Notes under the pieces: model-generated | Database searches by the model: none | What the model was told of the DNA's origin: nothing | What the model saw: the letters and a program-made list of their open reading frames with translations, nothing else | In this document: piece by piece, positions 1-12,200 of the stretch | How positions within the stretch are numbered: the first letter of the stretch is position 1 | How the letters are laid out: every line of letters starts with the position of its first letter | Position numbers and translations under genes: made by a program | Origin: Squalus acanthias | Lineage: Eukaryota | DNA length: 64,000 nucleotides | Direction: 5' to 3' | Assembly: GCA_030390025.1 (NCBI GenBank) | Contig: CM059432.1 | Location: 73,844,001-73,908,000, forward strand

Positions 1-314
1 ACAAAGAAAATACACAGGTCATTCAAAATCTGAAAAAGAAATATAGGCTAAGATTTCAGGTTCTTCCCACAGTCTTTCAGATGCTAGCTGAGGTGCTATG
101 TAATTCAGCATTGTCCTTTTTAATTTCAGATTTCCAAACAAAAGTTAAAGGATATCATTAAATTGAGTACTGAAATGCACCATTAATTTAGCACCTTGCG
201 AGTAAATAGATAATTACCAGTCTAGATGGGTGCTAGGAGGAGGGAAGTTTAGTATGAGCAGTTTATTTTAACTAAAGAATATATCTAAAGTTGAGCAATT
301 GCATTACTTTTTTT

Positions 315-490
315 TAATTCATTCATTCTTGGGATGTGGACATCGCTGGCAAGGCTCCGATTTATTGCCCATCCCCAGTTGCCCTCGAGAAGGTGGTGAG
401 CCTTCATCTTGAACCGCTGCAGTTCGTGTGGTGAAGGTTCTCCCACAATGCTATTAGGTAGAGAGTTCCAAGATTTTGACCCAGCTTCAA
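315..490 (-). mobile_element. 3' end fragment of a CR1/L2-group LINE (second family)
   Basis: Same sequence as the left parts of 42608-43025 and 54308-55107; the latter encodes RT motifs. Confidence 0.7.
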
Positions 491-654
491 TGCTTAGATT
501 CCACATCATTAGCAACATATACCACAATACAGATTTCTAGGAAGCAGAATGACCTAATTGATGAGTTCTGAAGAATGAAGTGAAGTTTGCCCTGCTAAAC
601 TGTGCATCATTTGTGGCAGTATATCAAAGCTGCCATGGTTATTGAAGAGTCTTT

Positions 655-1532
655 GGCCACGATTTTATTGGCACTGAGGGGGCGGGTTTGGAGGTGGGTC
701 AAAGGTTAAAATCGCTTTGATTGACGGCGGGTTCCGATCCCGCCGTCAACCCGCCTCCAAACAATTTTCCCCAAGTGTCGGGTCCCCGATTTGTGCATGG
801 ACCCAGCACCTAGCGGCGGGAAGAGGATTAATGCCAATTACCTGCCTGTTAAAAGGTAGTTGATAGTAGTTGACAGGCTATTTTTTAATTTTGCCGCTTC
901 TGCCTCGGGTTTCCCGACATTCAGACACCACGCCAGGTAAGTGTGGCGTGTTGAGAGTCTGCTGTAATGTTTCTGGATTGATGACAGCTGCAGAAGTGGT
1001 GTGAAGGATCCAATGGTGCACTGGTGAGTTTCAGAGGTAAGAAAATGTTGGGAAATTCATTTTTAATGCATTTACACATTTCTTTAGGTAACAAGTTTTG
1101 AAATCCATGTCCAGTGCCACCTCATTGGGAGAACCTCTCTCACCAGTGACAGATCGCATCTGTCACCTCACCTGCAGCTGCCATCTATTCCAGCCTATGG
1201 AGGGAATCACTGGAGAGTCTGGGTGCAAGAGCTCACCTTTGTACAGTGATTGTCAGTGTTTGCAGCACCTCAATGCTGTCAAACAATGAGAAATCAGCTG
1301 TCAAAAAAAAAATTGTGCGTGGACCCTTTAAGAAAACCAGCAGATGACGCGTCATCAAATGAAGTCATCTGACCGGCTTCTTCTTAATTGGCCGGCAAGC
1401 CCGCAAGGCGGGCTTAACAAGGTCAATCAATGTAAAATCATGTCTGTGGGCTGGATGCAGTTGGGGGCGGGACTGGAAGCCGGAAACCACTTGACCCGCA
1501 CCCAACCCACCTCCAATGAAAAAATCGCGGCC
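655..1532. mobile_element. Non-autonomous Harbinger-like MITE (family B)
   Basis: Ends GGCCACGATTTT / AAAATCGCGGCC; flanks TTT/TTA. The left subterminal CGGGTTTGGAGG..GGTTAAA..CCGATCCC resembles the reverse complement of the right end of the 22014-22764 element. Confidence 0.7.
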
Positions 1533-2528
1533 TTAGAGTCCATAAATTTGTCTGCTATGCAGTTACCTTTCAATACTAAATGGGACAATTTACTCCAAGA
1601 GAAGGCTACTGTTCTGCTGATCATAGAGGGCAATATTTCTCACTAATTTGGAAATTGCTACGAAGAATGGAGAATTCCATAGTACAGAAACTGTGAAACC
1701 TTCGCATCAATGCCAAGGATCCCGATGTCCAGATTAGGGGAACATCTTTTCCTTGTCAGACCTATATGATAGAGAGGAGGAACAATTACCTCATGGGTTG
1801 GATAAAATTCTGGCATCAGTCTGGCAGAGAGCTTTTAAAATGGACACAGGATTATCCTGTCTATGCCACATAAGACAGTGGACATCCAGAACTAAGGACT
1901 GGAGTTCATCAACTGTTGGCTGAAGCCACAGCTCAAAAAAAAAATTAATGGTGAAAATTTTCTGATGGGTGATCTTACACCAAATTCCTGCTAGCCACGC
2001 TCCAGAATTCCCTCTCCAGCTCTCCACCTCCCTCTCCTCCTTTAAGACCATCCTTAAAATGTCTCCCAATATCTCCTTCTTTGGCTCGACATCCATTTTT
2101 GTGTGATTACGATTCTGTGAAGCACCTTAGGACATTTTTCTATGTTAAAGGCACTATATAAATGCAAGTTGTTGTTGTAGCAGCATTACTTTAAGACAGG
2201 AGTTAACAAATTAAATCTATAGAAGGACAAGGCCCAAAAACAGGATGCACATTAATTCATAATGGGATTTAGTAGGAAAGTTAATATGTTGAGCCCCCTT
2301 TGTCAGCTGGGAAGGGTTCGTTTCCACTGACAGGTAAAGGGAAAAAAAATTGTCGTCATGCTTATCTGGTGGAACTGGAGTGAAGTCTTGTATCCAAATG
2401 TTCCTGGTTACTTGTCAACCCTTGGGGTCCAATTGTTTATTCACACACCAGTTCACAAAATGTTAACATTGGCAATTCTAACATTTCTGAACAATAACTT
2501 TGGAGAACAAATGCAAATAATGAAATTT

Positions 2529-3320
2529 AGATGAAATTTAATGCAGAAAAGTGTGATGTGATACATTTTGGTAGGAAGAATGAGGAGAGGCAATATAAAC
2601 TAAAGGGTACAATTCTAAAGGGGGTGCATGAACAGAGAGACCTGGGGGTATATGTGCACAAATGGTTGAAGGTGGCAGGGCAGGTTGAGAAAGCAGTTAA
2701 AAAAGCATACGGGATCCTGGGCTTCATAAATAGAGGCATAGAGTACAAAAGCAAGGAAGTTATGATGAACCTGTATAAAACACTGGTCCAACCTCAACTG
2801 GAGTATTGTGTCCAATTCTGGGAACCGCACTTTAGAAAGGATGTCAAGGCCTGAAAGAGGGTGCAGAAAAGATTTACAAGAATGGTTCCAGGGATGAAGG
2901 ACTTCAGTTACGTGGATAGACTGGAGAAGCTGGGGTTGTTCTCCTTAGAGCAGAGAAGGTTGAGAGGAGATTTGACAGAGGTGTTCAAAATCATGAGGGG
3001 TCTAGACAGAGTAGATAGAGAGAACCAGAGGACACAGATTTAAGGTGATTGGCAAAAGAACCAAAGGCGACATGAGAAAAAAACTTCTTTACGCAGCGAG
3101 TGGTTAGGATCTGGAAAGCACTACCTGAGAGGGTGGTGGAGGCAGATTCGATCGTAGCTTTCAAAAGGGAATTGGAGAAGTACCTGAAGGAAATAAATTT
3201 GCAGGGCTACGGGGAAAGGGCGGGGGGAATGGGACTAGCTGAAGTGCTCTTGCAGGAAGCTGGCACGGGCTTAATGGGCCAAATGGCCTCCTTCTGTGTT
3301 GTAACCATTCTATGATTCTA
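2529..3320 (+). mobile_element. 5'-truncated CR1 LINE
   Basis: [14 protein letters not shown]...QRDLGV...LEYCVQFW...RVVRIW; ends in a (CATTCTATGATTCT)-type tail. Confidence 0.93.
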
Positions 3321-3810
3321 ATGAAATAAGTATGTCCCAAATTTAAGAGCACTGTGTTCCTTAGCTTTTCAACGGTGCCATAGGGCAAAGTTTTAAAAGA
3401 GGTGCATCATCTATTGTATTCCAGGACCATCAAGAAAACCACTTAAAAGCGATATTTATTCTTACTCTTTCACTGTTTTCAAGAGGACGGGAGGAAGGTC
3501 AAACTTTATTTCAAGTTATTTATTTTTTTCGACACTCGAAGCTGTTCATGCCATTAACATTTCCAAACACTGCCAATACCAGTCATTGACAAGCCTCTAG
3601 GTTGTGACTCATCAAGACTAGCATTTATTCCCTACTTTTGGTGAGGGGGTGGTGGAGAGAAGTCACCTGCACTTGCCCCAGCAGAGCATTTAACTAATAA
3701 AAGTAGTAGCAAAGGTCATGAAGGCAGTTTCGGCCCAAAGCATTCGTTAAAAATATCCCTAATCAGTGAATTCGCTAAGCCTGAAATGACAGTCGATCCT
3801 GCAGTGGAGA

Positions 3811-4259
3811 GAAAGAAAGACTTGCATTTATATCGCGCCTTTCACGGCCACCAGACGTCTCAAAGCGCTTTACAGCCAATGAAATACTTTTGGAGTGTAG
3901 TCACTGTTGTAATGTAGGAAATGCGGCAGCCAGTTCGCACACAGCAAGCTCCCACAAACAGCAATGTGCTAATGACCAGATAATGTTTTTGTTATGTTGG
4001 TTGAGGGATAAATATTGGCCAGGACACCAGGCATGACTCCCCTGCTCTTCTTCGAAATAGTGCCAAGGGATCTTTTACGTCCACCTGAGAGCGCAGACGT
4101 CAGTTTAACGTCTCATCCAAAAGATGGCACCTTCGACAGTGCAGCACTGCACTGGAGTGTCAGCCTAGCTTGATGTGCACAAGTCGCTGGAGTAGGACAT
4201 GAACCCACAACCTTCTGACTCAGAGGCGAGTGTGCTACCAAGTGAGCCACAGCTGACAC
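3811..4259 (-). mobile_element. tRNA-derived SINE with L2-like tail (Deu-SINE/SacSINE1-like)
   Basis: Reverse strand has a tRNA-like head (TGGCTCA..TGGT...GGTTCA) and a tail ..AAGGCGCGATATAAATGCAAGTCTTTC; homologous copies elsewhere in the window. Family name is inferred from recollection. Confidence 0.8.
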
Positions 4260-5084
4260 TTCGGAGAAAGAATAATCTTTTTAGAATCATACGGTTAAAG
4301 TACATAGCAAAATGTTTGGGGCTGGGTAAACTCTCAACCTGAAAGGAGGTCTGGAAAAATCTTGAGGAACTCAACAATAACTCTAAAGCCAATGACATAA
4401 CAAAATCTAGCAAAAGGCAAACATGCAAGGAATACTTATAGTCTGTGTAGAAAAAAAAAATCTATCTTCTATATAACAGTTAAAAACAGAATTTGATAAA
4501 TCTCTGAAAAAGAATGTACAAGGTTATATATAGGGGAGGGAATTGGGATTAGTGTAGATAACTCCAGTTTAAGAGCTAAATACGGTGGGATGAAAGGCTT
4601 CTATCTGTGCTGCAATTTCTTTGATTCTATAAAGGCAAACAAATTATGAATAAATCTTCGACTGTTACAGCATTCTTTCAATATTCTTGCAAGCCACACA
4701 TGGAAACAAGTTGAAGCACTTACTTTCCCAGTTTTTCTGAGTTGAAAGGGCACGTGAATAGTGGCCTAACATCACTGTTCTTGAAGCTCAACAGTGGGAA
4801 CTGCCAGGCCTTTCAGGCAGATTCAGGTTACAGTGTCAGATGTACTGGCTTGTATCTGTAATTGCAATATAACTCCAAACAACAGCATCTTGTAATAGAG
4901 CTGGTTGAATAGGCTGTTTTATCTGAAATTCGCTTTAACTCCCAAGGTGAATTTCAGAGTAGTGCTGTTGGGTTTCTTGCCTTTGTCCCTGGAAAAATAC
5001 TGGGAGAACTAATAATCTCTAGTGGTTGGAACCCTTCAATAAATTCTAATTTTAAACTATGCTCAAAAATGAAGAACAGCCTTT

Positions 5085-6724
5085 AACATAGAAGATAGGA
5101 GCAGGAGTAGGCCATTCGGCCCCTCGAGCCTGTTCCGCCATTTAATGAGATCATGGCTGATCATCCAAATTCAGTACCATGTCCCTGCTTTCTCCCCATA
5201 TCCCTTGATCCCTTTAGCCTTATAAAATATATCTAACTCCTTCTTGAATATATTTAATGAATTGGCCTCAACTGCCTTGTGTGGTAGAGAATTCCACAGG
5301 TTCACCACTCTCTGGGTGAAGAAATTCCTCCTCATCTCAGTCCTAAATGGCTTACCCCTTATCCTTAGACTGTGACCCCTGGTTCTAGACTCCCCCGCCA
5401 TCGGGAACATCCTTCCTGCATCTAGTCTGTCTAGTCCTGTTAGAATTTTATAAGTTTCAATGCGATCCCCTAATCGACCCAATCTCTCCTCATACGTCAT
5501 TCCTGCCATCCCAGGTATCAGCCTGGTGAATCTTCGCTGCACTCTCTCCATGGCAAGAACATCCTTCCTCAGATAAGGCGACCAAAACTGCACACAATAC
5601 TCAAGGTGTGGTCTCACCAAGGCCCTGTACAACTGCAGCAAGACATCCTTGCTCCTGTACTCGAATCCTCTCGCTACGAAGGCCAACATACCATTTGCCT
5701 TCTTAACCGCCTGCTACACCTGCATGCTTACCTTCAGCAACTGGTGCACAAGGACACCCAGGTCTCTTTGCACTTCCCCTTTTCCCAATCTATTGCCGTT
5801 CAGATAATAATCTGTCTTCCTGTTTTTGCCACCGAAGTGGATAACCTCGCATTTATCCACATTATACTGCATTTGCCATGCATCTGCCCAATCACCCAAC
5901 CTGTCCAAATCATACTGGAGTTTCTCTGCATCCTCCTCACAGCACACACACCCACCCAGCTTTGTGTCATCTGCAAACTTGGAGATATTACATCTAGTTC
6001 CCTCATCTAGATCATTTATATATATTGTGAATAGTTGGGGTCCTAGCACCGATCCCTGCGGTACCCAACTAGTCACTGCCTGCCACTCGGAAAAAGACCC
6101 ATTTATTCCAACTCTTTGCTTCCTGTCTGCCAACCAGTTCTCTATCCAAATCAGTACCTTACCCCCAATCCCATGTGCTTTAACTTTGCACGCTAATCTC
6201 TTATGCGGGATCTTATCGAAAGCCTTCTGAAAGTCCAAATACACCACATCCACTGGTTCTCCCTTATCTATGCTACCAGTTACATCCTCAAAATTCCAGT
6301 AGATTAGTCAAGCATGATTTACCTTTTGTAAATCCATGTTGACTTTGTCCGATCCTGTCACTGTTTTCCAAGTGCTCTGCTATTACATCTTTTATAATGG
6401 ACTCTAGCATTTTCCCCACTACCGATGTCAGGCTTACTGGTCTATAATTCCCCGTTTTCTCTCTACCACCTTTTTAAATAGTGGGGTTACATTAGCTATC
6501 CTCCAATCCATGGGAAATGTTCCAGAGTCTATAGAATTTTGGAAGATGACCAGCAATGCATCTACTATTTCTAGGGCCATTTCCTTAAGTACCCTAGGAT
6601 GTAGATTATCAGGCCCTGGGGATTTATCGGCCTTCAATCCCGTCAATTTCCCTAACACCATTTCCCTACAAATACTGATTTCATTCAATTCCTCCCTCTC
6701 ATTAGACCCTATGTTCCCCGACAT
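5085..6724 (-). mobile_element. 5'-truncated CR1 LINE (RT)
   Basis: [32 protein letters not shown] and LEYCVQFW motifs, with frameshifts. Confidence 0.95.
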
Positions 6725-8376
6725 CTTAAAACTTTTTCATTTCATGGCTTTTCATCCAACTCTTGCTTATCTAGAGACTAGCACCAGAGCCGATGTAGTT
6801 GGCAGTCTGAAATGGAGAAGCATTTTTTTCAGATTCAGAACTTAAACTTCAGCTTAGAAATATTGAAAATAAGTTAAAATCTAGCCCGATAGCTTTAAGA
6901 CAGCCAAAACAGTGAGGAAAAGTAGTACTGCAACCATACAAAATGATTGTTTTATGCAGCACATGCAATGATTGGTTATGATGGCAGAGAAAAAGAACTA
7001 AAATTAGCCACTGGGAACAACCTTCCATACTGCAGTAAGGGCAAGATTGGACAGTTCCACCCAAAGTCTCAAGGTACAGACTTCCCCTCATTCTTGTAAT
7101 CGGATTGGGGAGCTACATATATGTGGAAAATAACATTTTCAATTCTTGATTTAATTATAAACTAAAAAAAGTGATAGAATATCAAATGGGTGCAATATGA
7201 ACAATTCTATTTGTGATATCTCAGCAGATTTATTTAATTGCAAAATTACACCACTCTGCTCTATTCCTAATCTACCTTCTCTAGTTGGGAACTTGTGGTT
7301 TTGCATGTTTGAGCTTCCTAATCAATAAAATATCAATTTTCTAACCAATTAACAGTGAATATCAATACTACAGAATTATAATTTCCTGCACTGTTGCAAG
7401 TACCAGCACTGTATTTATGTGTTTATTCTATTTCTTACATTATCCAGTATTGCACCACTAAAAAAAAGTAAGCTTCTAATAATTAGAAATGTATATTTCA
7501 CTTGACTTAATCTCTTAACTTTCTCTCAGTCGTTCAGATCCAGTGATTCTGCTCTGTATTTAAAGAGAACACTGACTTCCATTCTACCATTGCCATGTCG
7601 CTGCTGCTGGAAATGGGAAGCACAGCAGGAACAAAAAACCAATGTTGTTGTATCACATGCACGCAGGTGCATCAACATGCTCAGTTTTCACTTAAGAATG
7701 GATGAAATCTGTTTTAAAAATAACTTTAAAAATTAAATTAATGGTAAACTCAACCAACTTTTCATTCTTAAAAATATGGAATTTGTTGTCCCTGGTTTCT
7801 TTTATTTTTGCTTAGTCCAAATAGCAGTTTTAAAACATCATGCTTAAAATGGAGGTCACACCATGGGCAAGGTATCTGGGTTACTGCCATAACACCTCTT
7901 TCAATTGGACAAAGTGCGTTAACGTGATAATGTATTGAATAGGACCAGCTGCGAGAAGAGAGCTACTTGCTTTTGATGAAAAATAAATCAATTAAGTTAA
8001 AAGATGATTTGAACCAAGCATGAATGGAACACAAACATCTATTGTTGGTTTGCATTGAGTTAAAAGATTATCCATCTTCAGAAGTGCTGCGATGTACTGA
8101 CGACAAGAATATGAGAAGAAAGCAGGGCAAGTGGAATTAATTTTGGACTGCACTAGCAAAGAGTCGGCATAGACACGATGGGCCAAAAAGCCTCCTCTGC
8201 TGTAAACTTTTATGGTTCTAATGGCAAATTCATTGATGTACACTAGGTTAATGAGGGAATCTATTGACATTGATTTAATGTGTTCTTTCTGTTAGATTCC
8301 AGAACTCTTCACTGACAATGTCTTTAATGGAAGTCATCAATGTTCACTATTAAGAATTTTAAAAACCTGGTATAAG

Positions 8377-8620
8377 TCAGGTGGACGTATTATGGCACTA
8401 TTCAAAGAAGAGCAAGAGAGTTACCCCCTGGTGTCCTGGCCAATATTTATTCCTCAACCAACATCACAAACATTACCTGGTCATCATCTCATTGCTGTTT
8501 ATGGGACCTTGCTGTGTTTCCTACATTACAACAGTGTCTACAAACTATTTCATTGACTGTAAAGCATTTGGGATATCCTGAGGTTGTGAAAGACGCTATA
8601 TTGATGCAAGTTCTTTCTTT
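8377..8620 (+). mobile_element. Partial Deu-type SINE
   Basis: Similar to the 3' half of the 13282 copy; tail GACGCTATATTGATGCAAGTTCTTTC. Confidence 0.65.
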
Positions 8621-9109
8621 CTAATCTGGATAAATTTTACAGGTGAACTATTTACATAATATTACATAGTTAAATAAACTGTATTGAATTAATATTCAAA
8701 TTAACCTGGGTAAAATTAAGAAAAACAATAACCATATGGCTCTTTCTAGCTCACATATCCAATTTTGTGTTTAAAAAGTTTAGGCTAAGCCGTTTTTCTT
8801 TTTATCAAACATCACTACACAACAACTTCAAACGGTGACATTTAACAGCTAAACCAAAGTGGAAATACACAACGTGGTACGTTTATTCTCTTATTGATTG
8901 ATCTCTATGGTTACCTGACTCCTGTTGACCTGTTTAGCAAAAATGTGATAAAAGCCAACTATCATTTCATCTTTGACCTTTGCTCGGGATTCTGTTGCCT
9001 GTATGAATTCAAAGGCTGTAACCTTTACTTAAAAGGCATAAAGAAACTTTAGAAAGGTGGTTTTCCAAGTTTTCTCTACAGAGGCCAGCTTTGTGAAGTT
9101 CATATGTAC

Positions 9110-9222
9110 CTGCAACTGAGAGATTGTTAAAGGGTATCGGAATAATACCCAGGTCACATTTTCACAGCACGGCGGGATGGTCAGAGAGCCTTCATATACC
9201 CAGTAATCTCGAAGGAGCGGAT
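9110..9222 (-). CDS. CA8: CA8 coding exon 7
   Basis: [38 protein letters not shown] between TAG and GTACAT; 113 nt. Confidence 0.97.
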
Positions 9223-12200
9223 CTAAAACATTGACAAAATGTGAGGAAATTAGAAACATATTTTAAAAGGTTACAAATTGTCCTATTGAATGGTTTATTA
9301 ATAATACTGTGAATGTCATCAAGAAGAAAATAATACTTACCAGGAAGTAGGGTATTTGGATTGAAACATGGTATGGTTTTCAATTTCCCCTGAACAAAAG
9401 ATACACAATTTTTTAAACAAAGAAAAACTTTATATCCATGAAGAATAATTACACAGTACAATTAAGTGAAGAAAATTATAGATATTGGGGGAAAAATTCA
9501 GTTGGTTGTGCCTCCCGTTAGCGCCTTAAGAGGGCGCTAATGGGGTGCAAAGCATCTAGCGTCCTGGCGCGGCGAAGTTTGCGCCGCTCGCGAAATTAAC
9601 TAGACATTTTGCGGCGGCGCTAAACAGTACCGCCACGATCTCCTGCGCCGGCAGATCGTGACGTCACTCGAGTGCGCAATGCCCCGGTATCGCCCCGGAG
9701 CGGATATTGAGTGGCGCCCCCTGCCTTACCGCCTGACGCTAGCAACGACAGGTTGAGGGGAGCGTTCTGCAGTCATGAAGGGAAAGGGGAAGCGCTATTT
9801 AAAGGTGACCGCTTCCTGCCTTTTATTGTTGGTGCCATTTTTGAACTACGCATTCTGAGAGAGAGAGGGAGAGACTTCTGGAGAGATTCAACGTTGTGTG
9901 AAGGAGTTTTGGGTACTGAGCAGCACTTTGCAGGTTCATTTTGATTTGCCATTCCTTGTATCGATTTAGCAGAGACTGTGGGGGCTGCACTCTGAGCTCT
10001 TTGCCTGGTACTCTCCATTGTTCTTTCCAGCACATTTGATGTGCAGGTCTCTCCAGGCCGAGATTCAAGGCTGCAATGAGCAGGATGTGGATGGAAAGCA
10101 AGATTAACCATCCCCTTTAAGAACTGGCCCATGCCATTGTGTGTGTGTTCCATTGCTGACTGACATTACATGAGCTTCGCCAGCGCTCTGAGGTAGCGCC
10201 TCGCTCCTCAGCCTTTGCGCCTTAAGACAGGTGTGAAGCACCTGATATAGCGCTGCAATCACCTCCAGGGGCGATAAAAGTCAAGTTTGCAGTCGGTGGC
10301 GATAATTAGCGCCAGGCGCTAATCTTTGCGCCCGGCCGATAATTGCGCCCCAAATGGGGCGATACTGAATTTCTCCCCCATAGTCTTGTATCATGCCACA
10401 ACCTTGACCTATTCTTCTCAAACCAATAAAACTGACCTTCTAACATTGATATTCTAACATTGTTCCTGATTCACAACCAATATTTTGAAGTTAACCCAAG
10501 TAATTTCATATGCATTTTCTTCATTAAACTACACTTTTTAAATGTATACCATTTTCGCCATTTTCTTATATCGTTGCCTAATTCTGATAACCAGTGTATT
10601 TTTTCAACCAATTTTCACCCCTTTCTCTCCTGAAGATGTCAATGCAATGTGTCATGTACAGTACGGTCATTCTTCATGTGTGACCTTCAAGATAAGCAAG
10701 TGTCCGCAGGATATTTGACTGCAGTGGCATCATTGCCAAGCCCCTATCCCCATCCTTACCTGACGTCCACACATAAACACTTCCAGTTGGAGTCGGTTAT
10801 AATTGTCCAATAATTAATGTTACATGGTTTAATTTACTGTCACTCACATTTACTTTATTTTTTTTCTCACAATAAGATGATTGATCACAGGGCTAGAGAA
10901 AAGGAAAGAGGGGAAATTAGCCTAATTGCTACCCAGTGACCCTGCTGGAAAGTGTGCATTTGTGGAAAACAAGGTAAGAGTTTTGTTGTGACATTTTCTG
11001 TGATTAAACGGTCAATGGGGCCAGTCTTCTAACCAGCAAGATTATTTCCTTCCGCGCAGTTCAGACAAGCAAAGGATGTAAAACAGTGCAAATTTAAATT
11101 TCACCAGTTTCCCACTGGACTTGCATAGTGTGTTATTTTCTGACTGGCATTTTGCCACTGTGCACTTCGCTCTTCCATAAAAAATTGATGTTAAATTCTC
11201 TCGCCTTTCTGGACCGGTTTCTGGAGGATTTTTCCATATTTTTCCCCTAATTAGCCTGGGTATTTATCTGTTTTCGCGCCTCTCCCAGGAGAGTACATGG
11301 CTTTTGGGTGGGAAGTATATATACAGGAAACTCTCTTTTAACCGGCACCCAAATAACCGGAAATCTCTCTTAACCGGCAAAATTCTTGAGTAGGTAACCG
11401 GGGTTTTCCTTCATCGCTCCTTTAAAAATAACTTTTAAAAAAAAAACCCCGAGGCGTTTGCCTTGTATCAGAGCATGTAGATTGGGAGGGGAATGTGCAG
11501 CCCGGGTAGGCAGCAGACACGACAGATGGTCAGCTGGCGGTCCCCGGGGAGACGGAGCTCCGAATGCAGGCGCATGTCAGTGTGTACGGGGCTCTCGTAC
11601 GTTGGGAGATATAACTCTCCGTTATCCGGACTTGTTGATTAACCGGCACCACGCCGGTCCCGTCGGTGCCGGTTAATAAAGAGTTTCCTGTATTGTGATG
11701 ACAAGGCATTGCAGTTGTGTGGGACAGGCTGGATGGACCAGAAGGTCTTTTCTTGTCCATCATTGTCATATGTTTGTATGCAAGTAGCGTCTTAAAGCTG
11801 AATGGCTGGATTTGAGATTGCTACAATTAACATTGTAAAAATGGGTTTAGCATTCAGTGCTCCAAGGAGGTGAGAGAAGAGGATAAACAAAAGGGATACA
11901 ACCAGGGACAAACTGCCCGCACCTATCCTAACCCACTAAACTCTGTTTACAGTCCCAGGTGCAGCTTCCCGAGATTGTCAGAAGAGAACGGTTTTCACAG
12001 CCTAAGGTTCATCAGGGAGAAAGAGAGAGAGCTGGGCATCTGCTGCAAGCTGATCTGCAGGCAATCTCAAGCAAAGAGACAGCTCTGCCAGGTCACAACT
12101 GCCCCCAACTTCTATGCCTCCTTCTAAACTACCACAGAGAACATTTAGAATATCAGGCAATCTGCAATATACAGATCCATCCACTGATGTATTGGTTACC

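Noticed and set aside
60..140. Possible decayed Penelope pseudo-LTR tail
   Set aside because: Too short and diverged, and no hammerhead core is visible.
1..9109. CA8 final coding exon (IEEFRRLRTH...RAAFQ-like)
   Set aside because: No matching minus-strand segment was found by eye. It probably lies left of the window, so I do not call the gene truncated.
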